Shown: positions 29,009-40,700, counted from the stretch's first letter. The stretch: DNA of 54,133 nt from Sphingomonas sp. (GCA_039920225.1 JBDSED010000028.1:1-54133), one strand, 5' to 3'. Notes: generated by a model from the sequence alone, not told the origin. Numbers and translations are program-made.

Positions 29009-29610
29009 TGGGAGTTGCTCGGTTGATCGCCCTTGCGTTCGTCATGCCTTCGACGGCGCCGCAGGCGGCAAACTCTCCACTTGTGCCCGAGCCTGCCGCC
29101 GAGTTGGTTCCGCTCAGTTCCTGGGCACGCGGCGCAAAGCTAGTGGTCCGATCCAACAACGAAGAGAGTTCATGCTCCGTCAGGATCGGCGGGGGCGGTG
29201 GCGGACTTCCGGGAGACGCCGGACGTTGCGCGTTCCTTCGCTCGGTGCCGACTGTCGAACTAAGCCGGCTACGCGGATCGCACCGGGGACGAATCGCTTT
29301 CGATTTTCTCGAAATCCAGAAGGTCGAGGACGTCTTTCTGCCCGCCATCGAAATCATGGCCGATCCGCCAATCTATTACCGTGAGACGCGTTTCTTGGTC
29401 GATGAACACGGCAAGGTGAGCGACTGCAATGTGATCGAGGAGCGCGGCACGGATATCCTGCACATTGCCCCGTTGAACTGCGCGCCGCGGCAACGATATG
29501 CGGACACAGGGTCGAACAAGATGCGCAAGGTCACGATAGTTGTAGCGCTCTCGCTGTGGGACAGGAGAGCCAAGGCAAAGGAAATCGATCTGGAATCGGC
29601 GCTGCGATGA
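29005..29610 (+). CDS. Hypothetical exported protein with a weak TonB_C-like segment
   Basis: Start overlaps the upstream stop. FLVDEHGKVSDCNV echoes IDETGAVSDCKV in the neighbouring gene. Confidence 0.5.
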   Translation: MMGVARLIALAFVMPSTAPQAANSPLVPEPAAELVPLSSWARGAKLVVRSNNEESSCSVRIGGGGGGLPGDAGRCAFLRSVPTVELSRLRGSHRGRIAFDFLEIQKVEDVFLPAIEIMADPPIYYRETRFLVDEHGKVSDCNVIEERGTDILHIAPLNCAPRQRYADTGSNKMRKVTIVVALSLWDRRAKAKEIDLESALR

Positions 29611-29688
29611 TCTGTTAGCGCAAATAATTAGACCTTTAACGCCTCCGCCCCTATGTCACGTTGCACGTCCAACCAGCGAAGTAGCCGC

Positions 29689-29943
29689 TTGAACCTGATC
29701 CTGCTCCTGTCTGCCCTCTTGTCCGCGCTGAGCGGCACAACGGGCGTGCGCGCGCCGGTGACGCCGGCGGCGCTGAGCAGCAGCGTGGCGAGCGCCGTGA
29801 AGGCGACAGCGGCGGCCCGGCTTCAGGTCGCGACCCGGCCGGTGCAGATAATCGGAGGGCCGGCGACGAGCGTCGTCCTGGCCCTGAACGCCTTCTTGCT
29901 GGCCGACATCGTTCCCGCCTTTGCGAGCCGCCGGCGCGAATAA
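29689..29943 (+). CDS. Small secreted-type ORF upstream of secA (candidate translation-arrest leader)
   Basis: TTG start inferred (ATG 29653 is an alternative). Hydrophobic [12 protein letters not shown], Ala-rich linker, C-terminal FASRRRE-stop, 98 nt before secA. Confidence 0.6.
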   Translation: MNLILLLSALLSALSGTTGVRAPVTPAALSSSVASAVKATAAARLQVATRPVQIIGGPATSVVLALNAFLLADIVPAFASRRRE

Positions 29944-30041
29944 GCCGCGGTCGTCCGGCGACGCGCCGGACCCCTCACATCGCTAATTTTCCGTGCGGCG
30001 CCGACGGTGCCACGCGCACTCCATTCAACGGGAATACCATC

Positions 30042-32783
30042 ATGCTCGGCGGACTCGCCAAATCCATCTTCGGTTCGTCCAACGACCGATACGTCAAGTC
30101 GCTCGGCGCCATCGTCAACAAGGTCAACGCGTTCGAGCCCACGCTCAAGGCGATGGAAGACGCGACGCTCGCTAACCAGACCGTCAAATTCCGCGAGCGG
30201 CTGGCGAATGGCGAAAAGCTCGACGATCTGCTGCCCGAAGCCTTCGCGACCGTCCGCGAGGCGTCTGTGCGCGTGCTAGGAATGCGCCACTTCGACGTCC
30301 AGATGGTCGGCGGCATCGTGCTCCACCGCGGCGAAATCGCCGAGATGCGGACGGGGGAGGGGAAGACGCTGGTCGCGACGCTGGCGGTCTACTTGAACGC
30401 ACTCCCCGAAAAGGGCGTCCACGTCATCACCGTGAACGATTACCTCGCGGCGCGCGATGCCGAGTGGGTGGGCCGGATCTACAAGTTTCTTGGGATGACG
30501 GTGGGCGTCATCATCCCGAACCTGACCGATCATCAGCGCAAGGAAGCGTACGGGTCGGACATCACCTACGGCACGAACAACGAATTCGGCTTCGACTATT
30601 TGCGCGACAACATGAAATACGAGCGCGAGACGATGGTCCAGCGCCCGTTTTCGATGGCGATCGTCGACGAGGTCGATTCGGTGCTGATCGACGAAGCGCG
30701 CACGCCGCTGATCATCTCGGGCCCGACCGACGACAAGTCCGAGCTGTACAAGCAGGTCGACGCGATCGTGAAGCAGCTCGCGGCCGACACCTACGAGAAG
30801 GACGAGAAGCAGAAGTCGATCATACTGACCGAGGACGGCACCGAGACGGTCGAGCGATTGCTCGAGACCGCCGGGCTGCTCCAGGGCACCAACCTCTACG
30901 ATTTCGAGAACACGCAGGTCGTCCACCACCTCAACCAGTCGTTGCGCGCCAACATGATGTTCAAGCGCGACATCGATTACATCGTGAAAGACGGCAAGGT
31001 CATCATCATCGATGAATTCACCGGCCGCATGATGGACGGCCGGCGATGGTCGGACGGCCTGCACCAGGCGGTCGAGGCGAAGGAAGACGTCGATATCGAG
31101 CCCGAGAACCAGACGATGGCCTCGATCACCTTCCAGAACTATTTCCGCATGTATCCCAAACTAGCGGGCATGACCGGCACTGCCGCGACCGAGGCGGCCG
31201 AATTCTACGACATCTACAAGATGAACGTTGTGTCGATCCCGACCAACGTGCCGGTCGCGCGGGTCGATGAGGAAGACACGTTCTACAAAGACATCGAGGA
31301 CAAGTTCCGGGGCATCGCGAAGACGATCAAGGAGCATTCGGACCGGGGCCAGCCGATGTTGGTGGGAACCGTCTCGATCGAGAAATCCGAAATGCTAGCC
31401 GAATTTCTCGTCCAGGAAGGTGTGCCGCACAAGGTGCTGAATGCGCGCTATCACGAGATGGAAGCGCACATCGTCGCGCAGGCAGGGCGCAAGGGCGCTG
31501 TCACGATCGCGACCAACATGGCGGGTCGCGGCACCGACATCCAGCTAGGCGGAAACCTTGATTTCCGCATCGAGGACGAGCTCGCTGATCTGCCGGAAGG
31601 GCCCGATCGCGACAAGGCGATCGAGCGGATCAAGGAAGAGATCGCGGCTGAGAAGGCTGAAGTGCTCGCAGCTGGCGGCCTGTTCGTGCTCGGCACCGAG
31701 CGTCACGAAAGCCGCCGTATCGACAACCAGTTGCGCGGCCGTTCGGGGCGTCAGGGCGATCCCGGCCTATCGCGCTTCTACCTCAGCCTCGACGACGATT
31801 TGCTGCGCATCTTCGGCCCCAACACATTGTTCGCCAAGATGATGCGCTCGAGCCTGGAAGATGGCGAGGCGCTGCCGCCGTCGCGCTGGATGTCGAAGGC
31901 GATCGAGACCGCGCAGAAGAAGGTGGAGGCGCGCAACTATGACATCCGCAAGCAGGTCGTCGAGTATGACGACGTGATGAACGACCAACGCAAGGTGGTT
32001 TACGAGCAGCGCGCCGACATCATGGACGCCGATGCGGTCGGCGACGTGGTCGAGGACATGCGCGCCGAGTCGGTCAATTCGATCGTCGGCGATTCTTGCC
32101 CCCCGGGATCGTATCCCGAGCAGTGGGACGTCGAGGGGATGAAGACCAAGGCGACCGAACTGCTCGGCATTACCCCGCCGATCGACGACTGGCTGACTGA
32201 AGAAGCGGTCGATGTGGAAATGGTCGAGGAGCGGCTGCGCGAAGCCGCCGATGCGTTGGTGACCGCCAAGAGCGCCGACATCGATACGGAGACTTGGACC
32301 AGCATCGAGAAATCCATCCTGCTCCAGAACCTCGATCACCACTGGAAGGAGCATCTCGCGACGCTCGACGCGTTGCGCCAGGTGATCCACCTGCGCGCTT
32401 ATGCGCAGAAGACGCCGATCAACGAATACAAGCAGGAGGCGTTCGCGCTGTTCGAGCGCATGCTGAGCCTGATCCGCGAGGATGTGACGCGCACATTGGC
32501 GCACGCGGAGTTTCGTTTCCAGGGCGCGCCGGAACTGCCTGAGCTGCCCGATTTCATCACCCAGCATTTCGATCCGTTCTCGGGCGACGACGATACGCGC
32601 GATCTCGACGGCGGAGCGCTGGGGAATGTCACGACGACGCTGCCGCCCTTGTCCTACGTCCGCCCCGAAGAGCCCGATCTCGGTACCGATCCTAAGGAAT
32701 GGGAAGGCAAGGTCAGCCGCAACGCGCCGTGCCCGTGCGGGTCGGGGCTGAAATACAAGCATTGCCACGGCCAAGTAGCGTAA
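30042..32783 (+). CDS. secA: Preprotein translocase ATPase SecA
   Basis: [56 protein letters not shown]. Confidence 0.98.
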   Translation: MLGGLAKSIFGSSNDRYVKSLGAIVNKVNAFEPTLKAMEDATLANQTVKFRERLANGEKLDDLLPEAFATVREASVRVLGMRHFDVQMVGGIVLHRGEIAEMRTGEGKTLVATLAVYLNALPEKGVHVITVNDYLAARDAEWVGRIYKFLGMTVGVIIPNLTDHQRKEAYGSDITYGTNNEFGFDYLRDNMKYERETMVQRPFSMAIVDEVDSVLIDEARTPLIISGPTDDKSELYKQVDAIVKQLAADTYEKDEKQKSIILTEDGTETVERLLETAGLLQGTNLYDFENTQVVHHLNQSLRANMMFKRDIDYIVKDGKVIIIDEFTGRMMDGRRWSDGLHQAVEAKEDVDIEPENQTMASITFQNYFRMYPKLAGMTGTAATEAAEFYDIYKMNVVSIPTNVPVARVDEEDTFYKDIEDKFRGIAKTIKEHSDRGQPMLVGTVSIEKSEMLAEFLVQEGVPHKVLNARYHEMEAHIVAQAGRKGAVTIATNMAGRGTDIQLGGNLDFRIEDELADLPEGPDRDKAIERIKEEIAAEKAEVLAAGGLFVLGTERHESRRIDNQLRGRSGRQGDPGLSRFYLSLDDDLLRIFGPNTLFAKMMRSSLEDGEALPPSRWMSKAIETAQKKVEARNYDIRKQVVEYDDVMNDQRKVVYEQRADIMDADAVGDVVEDMRAESVNSIVGDSCPPGSYPEQWDVEGMKTKATELLGITPPIDDWLTEEAVDVEMVEERLREAADALVTAKSADIDTETWTSIEKSILLQNLDHHWKEHLATLDALRQVIHLRAYAQKTPINEYKQEAFALFERMLSLIREDVTRTLAHAEFRFQGAPELPELPDFITQHFDPFSGDDDTRDLDGGALGNVTTTLPPLSYVRPEEPDLGTDPKEWEGKVSRNAPCPCGSGLKYKHCHGQVA

Positions 32784-32786
32784 AAC

Positions 32787-32818
32787 GAAAAGGCCGGGGA
32801 TCACTCCCCGGCCTTTTC
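32787..32818. terminator. Bidirectional intrinsic terminator
   Basis: gaaaaggccgggga-tcac-tccccggccttttc. Confidence 0.9.
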
Positions 32819-32842
32819 ATTTCTGGCTGAGCGGTGCGCCGC

Positions 32843-33424
32843 TTACTTCGGCAGCACCACCGTCGGCCCGATATTCGCCATCACCGCGCGCGCATCGAAC
32901 GCGCGGACGTTGCCGGCGGGTTTCGAACCCTTGCCCATCACGATCTCGGCGGTCGCTTCGTATTTCTCGACCGTATTGATATCGACCGTGCGGTCGAAGA
33001 AGGGGTCGCCCCAGAACGGGTCCCATGAGCGCCAGCCGAAACCGCGCCCGTAATAGCGCCAGCGCGGACCCCAGCCGCCATAGCCGAAGCCATAGCCGCT
33101 GTTGAAGCTGGGCGTCGCATACGTACGCTCTTTCTTGTCGGTATCGCGATCGGCCATGACGAAATAGTCATAGCCATTCTGAGTCGTCACCTCCGCCGCG
33201 CGGAACAGCAGATACCGCTCGACGGTATCGCGGCTCGTTACCGTGTTGCCGGCGAAGCTGACGATGAAGCGGTTCGCCTCAATTTGTCGCTCACTGAACC
33301 CTTCGCGCGCGAAGCCGTTGCCGGTCGCAGGGCGATAGGTGGTTTCGGTCATACAGCCGGCCAATGCCAGCGAGGAAGCCGCGATCAGCCCGAGGGCCGA
33401 GGCACGGCGGAATGAATACGCCAT
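32843..33424 (-). CDS. Conserved alphaproteobacterial lipoprotein
   Basis: LAGC lipobox, TYRPA, YLLFRAAE, and a Gly/Trp/Tyr-rich segment. Confidence 0.8.
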   Translation of the reverse strand: MAYSFRRASALGLIAASSLALAGCMTETTYRPATGNGFAREGFSERQIEANRFIVSFAGNTVTSRDTVERYLLFRAAEVTTQNGYDYFVMADRDTDKKERTYATPSFNSGYGFGYGGWGPRWRYYGRGFGWRSWDPFWGDPFFDRTVDINTVEKYEATAEIVMGKGSKPAGNVRAFDARAVMANIGPTVVLPK

Positions 33425-33567
33425 CACATGTCTCCGTTCACCGATAGTATTAAACGATCCGTCCTATCGCGAACAGGTGGAACGCAGGATGAACGGGTTT
33501 TGCTCCAAAACCCTTTTTTTCATCCGGGTTTCGGCATCGATTTCAGCGATTTATGCGATAGCGACGC

Positions 33568-33642
33568 TGGCTCCCTGAGTAGGATTCGAACCTACGGCCA
33601 TTCGATTAACAGTCGAATGCTCTACCGCTGAGCTATCAGGGA
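33568..33642 (-). tRNA. tRNA-Asn (GTT)
   Basis: Reverse complement reads TCCCTGATAGCTCAGCGGTAGAGCATTCGACTGTTAATCGAATGGCCGTAGGTTCGAATCCTACTCAGGGAGCCA: 75 nt, CCA encoded. Confidence 0.97.
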
Positions 33643-33708
33643 ACAGCGCGAAGGGCGCTCTATAACCGCCCGACTTGCCGATGCAACCCCCGGAGTCCGC
33701 GCGAACGC

Positions 33709-34479
33709 TCAGGAAGCGAACTGCTCCATCGTGATGCGATCATCGAGCGCGTGTTCGGGATCGAACAACAAGGTCAGCTCGCGGGTGCGGTCGATGGCGA
33801 TGTCCACTTGCGCCACGTCGCGGACTTCCCGCTGGTCGGCGACGGCGGAGACCGGACGCTTGTCCGGTTCGAGCACGGTCAGCCCGATCCGCGCCTTTTC
33901 GGGCAGGATCGCCCCGCGCCACCGCCGTGGGCGGAACGCCGAGATGGGGGTCAGCGCGATCATCCCCGATCCGAGCGGCAGGATCGGGCCGTTGGCAGAC
34001 AGGTTGTACGCTGTCGATCCGGCGGGCGTTGCTGCGAGGATCCCGTCGCAGGCCAGTTCGGGCAACACCACGCGATCGTTGACGGTCACCTCCAGCTTGG
34101 CAGTCTGGCGCGTTTCGCGGAGTAGCGAGACTTCGTTGATCGCCGGCAGGACGAAGCTTTCACCGGACACCGTCCGCGCAGTCATCTGCAGCGGCGTGAC
34201 CTTGAACGGCTTGGTGCGCCCTAGCCGAGCATCGAGCCCGTCGCGATGCCAGTCGTTCATCAGGAATCCGACCGTCCCCAGGTTCATCCCGAATACCGGC
34301 ACTGGATCATCCCGCCGTTCGAGCAGCGTGTGAAGCGTTTGGAGCATATAACCATCGCCGCCCAGGGCAACGATCAGTTCGGCCTCCTCGACCGGTACCC
34401 AGTCGTAGGTATCGCGAAGCTCCCGCTCGGCATCCTGGGCTGCTTCGGTCGGCGATGCGACCAGCGCGCGTTTGGTCAT
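33709..34479 (-). CDS. nadK: NAD kinase
   Basis: LGGDG, GTVGFL, INE, TPAGSTAYNLSA. Confidence 0.95.
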   Translation of the reverse strand: MTKRALVASPTEAAQDAERELRDTYDWVPVEEAELIVALGGDGYMLQTLHTLLERRDDPVPVFGMNLGTVGFLMNDWHRDGLDARLGRTKPFKVTPLQMTARTVSGESFVLPAINEVSLLRETRQTAKLEVTVNDRVVLPELACDGILAATPAGSTAYNLSANGPILPLGSGMIALTPISAFRPRRWRGAILPEKARIGLTVLEPDKRPVSAVADQREVRDVAQVDIAIDRTRELTLLFDPEHALDDRITMEQFAS

Positions 34480-35474
34480 CCGCCGGTAACGCTCATGTGC
34501 CGCTGAACGGCGGGCGCCGCGCCCGCGGCGATGCGGAAATCGTGCCGTGCCGGCTTGATCGCGATGGCCTCGTCGATGGCCGCGTCGAGCCCGGCGATAC
34601 CGTCGGCACGCAATGCTGCCTTCAGATCGACCTGATCGTCATGGCCAAGGCACGAATAGAGCCGGCCTTCGGTCGTGAGCCGCACGCGGTTGCAGCCGTC
34701 GCAGAAATTGGCGGTGAGCGGTGAGATAAGTCCGAGCCGCGTGGCGCTCGCGCCAACCCGCCAATAGCGCGCAGGGCCGCCGCTAGTATGTGGGTCACGG
34801 GTCAGGTCGAAGGCTTCGGCCAATTCGGCGAACACGCCGGTTAGCGGTAAGAAGCGGTCGGCGCGGTCCTCGTCGATCGCACCCAGCGGCATCGTTTCGA
34901 TCAGGCTGAGATCGAGACCTTGCTCGACGCACCAGGCCAGCATCGGTGCGATCTCGTCGGCATTGAAGCCCTTGAGCGCGACCATGTTGATTTTGACCGC
35001 GAGCCCGACTGCCTTGGCCGCGGCGATGCCGTCGAGCACCTGCGCCACGTCGCCATGCCGGGTGATGTAGCGGAATCGCTCGGGATCGCGGCTGTCGAGG
35101 CTGACGTTGATACGCCGGATGCCGGCGTCGTGCAGTGCCTCTGAGTGCCCGGCGAGCCGCGTGCCGTTCGTCGTCATGGTGAGCTCAATGAGCCCATGCC
35201 CTATATGCCGCCCCAGCCGCCGGGCGAGATCGATCACGTCGTGACGCACCAGCGGCTCGCCACCGCTCAGCCGAATCTTGGTCACACCTCGCGCGATAAA
35301 GCGTTCGGCGATGACCGCGATTTCCTCCAGCGCGAGCAGCGCGCTCTTAGGCAGAAACGTCATCTGCTCGGCCATGCAGTAACGGCATCGCAGATCGCAG
35401 CGATCGGTCACCGACACGCGCAGATAGCTGATCGTGCGGCCATGACGGTCGATCAGGGCGGGTGAGGTCGCCAT
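34476..35474 (-). CDS. moaA: GTP 3',8-cyclase MoaA
   Basis: YLRVSVTDRCDLRCRYCM, FCDGCNRVRLT, C-terminal MSVTGG. Confidence 0.96.
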   Translation of the reverse strand: MATSPALIDRHGRTISYLRVSVTDRCDLRCRYCMAEQMTFLPKSALLALEEIAVIAERFIARGVTKIRLSGGEPLVRHDVIDLARRLGRHIGHGLIELTMTTNGTRLAGHSEALHDAGIRRINVSLDSRDPERFRYITRHGDVAQVLDGIAAAKAVGLAVKINMVALKGFNADEIAPMLAWCVEQGLDLSLIETMPLGAIDEDRADRFLPLTGVFAELAEAFDLTRDPHTSGGPARYWRVGASATRLGLISPLTANFCDGCNRVRLTTEGRLYSCLGHDDQVDLKAALRADGIAGLDAAIDEAIAIKPARHDFRIAAGAAPAVQRHMSVTGG

Positions 35475-35566
35475 CGTGAGGTGAGAGCTAGGGTTTCCGG
35501 CACCATGCCGCAAGCGCGATTGCGGGATGGCGATGTTAACCTGGCGTCGCTTATGGGACGGTCGAG

Positions 35567-37192
35567 ATGAATGCGCCCCACCTTTCCACCGACGAAGCCG
35601 TGTTCGTGTTGTCGTTTCGTCAGGGCGTAGCGCTGACTGCGGTTGCCCGGGCAGCGGGATGGCGCGTGACGGCGCGGCAGAGCGGCGCCGAGGGGATCGC
35701 GGTGCTCGATGCTCGCGAGGCCCTGGAGGAAGGGTTAGCTGCGGTCGGGGCGCTTGGCGACGCCGCGCGGCATCGTGGCGACGCGCTGTTGGTGCTGGTG
35801 TCGCGGGAGGACGTCGCGGCGCTGGAGGATTTCTACGCGGCCGGGGCGACGCATTTCCTCGTCAGCCCTTTCACCGACATCGAGTTCGCCCAAGCGCTCC
35901 GTTTTACTTCCCGATACGTCGAACGCGGTTCGGGCGAATCCCATGCGGTGTCCGATCGCGATGGTCCCATCGAAGGATCGGTGGATGGCGCGACGGCGCG
36001 AGCCTGGCTGGAACAACGCCTCGTATGCGGCGAGCAACCGAGCGCGATCCTGATCGCCCTCAGCCGGTTCGACCTGGTCAATTCGGGCTACGGTCGCGAT
36101 GCGGGCGACGCGCTGATCCGTGCGGCGGGCCGCCGGGTCGCGACCGAGTCACTGGGCGATCAGCACATTATCGCCCGGCTGAAGGGCCCCGAATTCATGG
36201 TGGCGATCGGCGGCAGCGCCGATGCCGAACCCATTGCCGCCGCTCTGTCGGCGACGTTGGCGCGGCCCTTCGCGATCGATGGCACCCTCGTGTCGGTCGG
36301 CGCCCGTATCGGCGTTGCGACTGCGCGGATTGGCGACAGCGTGGATGCCCTTTTGCGCCGGGCCGGGGATGCGCTCGACGATGCGCGCGTATCGGACAGC
36401 GTCACGATCCGCGTCGCGGACCAGCCCGCCATCGCCAACGCATTGTCGGTCGACCTTCGTCGCGCAATCGATGGCGGTGAAATCGCCGTGCTGTTCCAAC
36501 CGCAAGTCGCGATCGCCACCGGGCGGATCACCGGTGTCGAAGCGCTGGCGCGGTGGGAACACCCGACGTTTGGCGCCGTGGGCGCGGATCAGCTGTTCGC
36601 CGCCGCCGACCGCGCGGATCTGGGACTCGCGCTATCCGACCACATTCAGCGGCTGGCGCTAGAAACTGCCGCGGCGTGGCCCAAGCCGCTCGCCGATCTA
36701 CGCGTGTCGATCAACCTGACTGCCGCCGACATTGCTCGGCCGGGGTTCGTCGACATCTTGCTCGACCGCGTCGATGCGGCGCGGTTTGCGCGCAGCCGAC
36801 TGACGGTCGAGATCACCGAGAGCGGCCTGATCGACGATCTCGGCGCCGCCGCGCAGTTGTTGGCGACGTTGCGCCACGCCGGGTGCCGCGTCGCGATCGA
36901 CGATTTCGGCACCGGCTATTCGAGCCTCGCGTATCTCAAGGCATTGCCGCTCGATTATCTCAAGATCGACAAGAAGCTAGCTCAGGACATCACCGGGAGC
37001 GCCCGGGATCGTGTGGTCGTGCGCGGCGTGATCGAAATGGCCCGCTCGCTCGGGCTGACGGTGATCGCCGAAGGGGTGGAGACAGAAGAACAGCTCGACT
37101 TGCTGGCGAAGGAAGGGTGCCAATATTACCAGGGGTTCCTGTGTTCCGAACCCTTGACCAGCGCGGCATTGTCGGCGCTGGTCGCGGGTTAG
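35567..37192 (+). CDS. c-di-GMP phosphodiesterase (pseudo-receiver, degenerate GGDEF, EAL)
   Basis: FQPQ, GVEALARW, DDFGTGYSSL, EGVET. The GGDEF position reads KGPEF. Confidence 0.9.
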   Translation: MNAPHLSTDEAVFVLSFRQGVALTAVARAAGWRVTARQSGAEGIAVLDAREALEEGLAAVGALGDAARHRGDALLVLVSREDVAALEDFYAAGATHFLVSPFTDIEFAQALRFTSRYVERGSGESHAVSDRDGPIEGSVDGATARAWLEQRLVCGEQPSAILIALSRFDLVNSGYGRDAGDALIRAAGRRVATESLGDQHIIARLKGPEFMVAIGGSADAEPIAAALSATLARPFAIDGTLVSVGARIGVATARIGDSVDALLRRAGDALDDARVSDSVTIRVADQPAIANALSVDLRRAIDGGEIAVLFQPQVAIATGRITGVEALARWEHPTFGAVGADQLFAAADRADLGLALSDHIQRLALETAAAWPKPLADLRVSINLTAADIARPGFVDILLDRVDAARFARSRLTVEITESGLIDDLGAAAQLLATLRHAGCRVAIDDFGTGYSSLAYLKALPLDYLKIDKKLAQDITGSARDRVVVRGVIEMARSLGLTVIAEGVETEEQLDLLAKEGCQYYQGFLCSEPLTSAALSALVAG

Positions 37193-37704
37193 GACGCCAG
37201 CCTGGACCCAAGGCGTTCGTCGGCGATCCGCTCGAGCTGCGCGCTCGCCCCTTTGGCCAGCATGTCGAGTAACGCCAGCGCATCCTCGTCGATCGGCGCA
37301 GTAGACCGCCAATAGGCGCCGATCGCGGCGACCGGGTCGCCATGGCCGATCGGCGCCATCGCCATGCTGGCGACGAAGGTAGAGAGATAAGCGGTGAGCG
37401 GCACGCGTGGATCGAGGCGGATATCCGGGACGACGATCATCCGGCGTTCGAGCATCGCGATGCCCGAAATGCATGTCGCGATTGGAAAGGTCTGACCCGA
37501 CCATAATGGCGCGATCGCGTCCTCGCCGACGTAATGGACTTGGTCGTTCTCGCGGCGGACCACGGCGACACCGTCGCACTGCAGGGTCGCTCGCGCGCTG
37601 ATTCGCATGATTTCGAGCACACCGTCGAGCGTTCCCGCTTCGGCCAACCGGCGCGTCGCCGCGCTCATCAGCCGCCAGCGTTTGAATCGGACCGTTGCGC
37701 TCAT
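37189..37704 (-). CDS. Stand-alone GAF domain protein
   Basis: PLWSGQTFP..CISG.AM, VPDIRLDPRVP, SMAMAPI..GAYW. Confidence 0.85.
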   Translation of the reverse strand: MSATVRFKRWRLMSAATRRLAEAGTLDGVLEIMRISARATLQCDGVAVVRRENDQVHYVGEDAIAPLWSGQTFPIATCISGIAMLERRMIVVPDIRLDPRVPLTAYLSTFVASMAMAPIGHGDPVAAIGAYWRSTAPIDEDALALLDMLAKGASAQLERIADERLGSRLAS

Positions 37705-37737
37705 CGCCTCTCCCCAACACCGGTATAAAGCGGCGGG

Positions 37738-37753
37738 GTAAACGATCGTTTAC
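37738..37753. promoter_or_regulatory. Perfect 16-bp palindrome upstream of the GAF gene
   Basis: GTAAACGATCGTTTAC. Confidence 0.4.
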
Positions 37754-37788
37754 GACAAATCATACCGGATCAGACGGTTGTCTGTCGA

Positions 37789-40700
37789 TCAAGCCGCCGC
37801 CTTGGCCAGTCCCTTCGACAGTTGCAGCGCACCGTTGAGCCGCGCTTGGGGGTCGTTCCACTCGCGCGCGATGACCAACTTGCTATCGGGCCGCAGCTTG
37901 GCGACGCCCTGGAGTCGCGCGACATAGGCGAGCAGGCCATCGATGTTCGGCGGCTTGTCGTCGTGGAACGCGACCAACGCCCCCCTTGGACCGACGTCGA
38001 TCTTCGCGACGCAGGCGCGCTTGGCGTGGAGCTTGATCTCGATGATCTTGATCAGGTTCGCGGTCGCTTCGGGAAGCGGTCCGAACCGGTCGATCATCTC
38101 GGCGGCGAATGCTTCGATCCCGTCTTGTTCGTCGATATCGTTGAGGCGGCGATACAGCCCCATGCGCAGGTCGAGGTCGGGGACGTACTCCTCCGGGATC
38201 ATGATCGGCGCATCGACCGTGATCTGCGGCGAGAAATCGCGCGGGCGGGATGCCATACCGCCGGCCTTGGCGTCCATGATCGCCTCTTCGAGCATCGACT
38301 GGTATAGTTCGTAGCCGACCTCGCGGATATGCCCCGATTGTTCGTCGCCGAGCAGATTCCCCGCGCCGCGAATGTCGAGGTCGTAGCTCGCGAGCTGGAA
38401 CCCTGCGCCGATCGTGTCGAGGTCGCTCAGCACCTTCAACCGTTTGTCGGCGGTTTCGGTGACGATGCGGTTCGGCAGGGTGGTCATGTACGCATAGGCG
38501 CGCGTCTTCGATCGTCCCACGCGACCGCGAAGCTGGTAAAGTTGCGCCAGTCCGAAGCGGTCGGCGCGGTGGACGATCATCGTGTTCGCGCTGGGGATGT
38601 CTAGCCCGCTTTCGACGATCGTGGTGGAGACCAGCACTTCGAACTTCTTGTCGTAAAAGGCCGACATGCGTTCTTCGACCTCGCCCGCGCCCATCTGGCC
38701 GTGCGCGACGACGTAGCGGACTTCGGGCACGTTCTCGCGCAGGAAGTCCTCGATCTCGGACAAATCCTTGATCCGCGGAGTGACGAAAAAGCTCTGCCCG
38801 CCGCGATAATGCTCGCGCAGCAACGCCTCGCGCAGCACGACTGGGTCCCACGGCATGACATAGGTGCGCACCGCAAGCCGATCGACCGGCGGCGTCTGGA
38901 TCACCGACAAGTCGCGAATGCCCGACATCGCCATCTGCAAAGTGCGCGGAATCGGCGTCGCGGTCAGCGTGAGGACGTGGACGTCGGCGCGCAGCGTCTT
39001 GAGCCGCTCCTTGTGCGTCACGCCGAAGCGCTGTTCTTCGTCGACCACGACCAGCCCGAGCCGCTTGAACTCGATCGACTTGGCCAGGATCGCGTGCGTG
39101 CCGACGACCAGGTCGACCGTGCCGTCGGTCAGTCCCTCGCGCGTCGCCTTGGCTTCGGCGGTGCCGACCAGCCTCGACAGGCGGCCGATCTTGATCGGGA
39201 AGCCTTCGAAGCGCGTGACGAAATTGTTGTAATGCTGGCGCGCGAGCAATGTCGTCGGACACACGACCGCGACTTGCTTGCCCGCCATTGCGGCGGCGAA
39301 CGCGGCACGCAGCGCGACCTCGGTCTTGCCGAACCCGACATCGCCGACGACCAGCCGGTCCATCGGCTTGCCCGCTGCAAGGTCGCTCATCACGTCATCG
39401 ATGGCGCGGTCCTGGTCGTCGGTTTCCTCGTAAGGGAAGCGATCGACGAACGCCGGATAGCCGCTCTCGTCAGGCTCGATCACGTCGCCGGGATGGAGCG
39501 CGCGTTCGGCGGCGGTCGCGATGAGCTCGCCCGCGATCTCGCGGATGCGCTCCTTCATGCGCGACTTGCGCCGCTGCCACGCCTCGCCGCCTAGCCGGTC
39601 GAGCGTGCCGCCCTCTTCGGAGCCGTAGCGGCTCAGGACTTCGAGATTTTCTACCGGAACGTAGAGCTTGTCGCCGCCGGCGTAGGTCAGCGCGACGCAG
39701 TCGTGCGGTGCTTTCTGCACCGGGATTTGCGTCAGCCCTTCATAGCGCCCGATACCGTGATCGGCATGGACTACGAGATCGCCAGGCGACAACGTGGCTA
39801 GTTCGGCTAGGAAGGCGTCGGCCGACTTCTTGCGCCGATTGCGCCGCACCAGCCGGTCGCCGAGCATGTCCTGCTCGGTCAGCAGCGCGATGCCGGGCGC
39901 TGTGAAGCCGTGGTCGAGCGGCAGGATTGTGAGCGCGACGCCGCGGTCCGCCACGCCGAGTGCTTCCTGCCAGCTATCGACCAGCACCGCGCCAGTCAGA
40001 TCGTGATCGCGCAACAGCCCCGCGAGCCGCTCACGCGACCCCGTGGAGTAGCTGGCGAGGATCGGTTTCTTCTTGTCCTTCCGCAGCTTGTCGAGGTGTT
40101 CGACGACCGCGTCATAGATATTGACCCCGCTCGACCTTTCGGGTGCGAAGTCGCGGGGCCCATCGACGTTGAAGTCGATGACGGTCGCGCTTGCGGGCTC
40201 GTGGAACGGCGTGGTCAGATGCGCCTTGGCCGTCGCCAGCTTGGCCGCCCATTCGTCGGCGGTGAGATAGAGCGCTTTCGCCGGAAGTGGGCGGTACGAG
40301 CCGGGATCTCCCGACTGCGCCCTGACGCGATTAGCGTGATAGTCCGTAATCGCCTCGAGCCGTTGCTCTGCCGCGGCGGGCACGCCGGCTTCGCGCACCA
40401 CCAAGGCGTCGGCGCCGATATGGTCGAACAACGTCTCCAGGCGGTCCTCGAATAGCGGCAGCCAATGTTCCATGCCCGCCAGCCGCCGGCCTTCGCTGAT
40501 CGCCTGGTACAGCGGATCGCCGGTCGCGGTCGCACCGAACGTCTCGCGATACCGCGCGCGGAACCGTTTGATCGACTCCTCGTCGAGCAACGCTTCGGAA
40601 GCCGGGAGCAACGTGAAGCCATCGACTCGCCCGGTGGTCCGCTGGTCGTTCGGGTCGAACGTGCGCACGCTCTCGATCTCGTCGCCGAAGAAATCGAGCC

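Noticed and set aside
33430-33642. Island integrated at tRNA-Asn
   Set aside because: No integrase and no duplicated tRNA 3' end in the window; the flanks are core-type genes.
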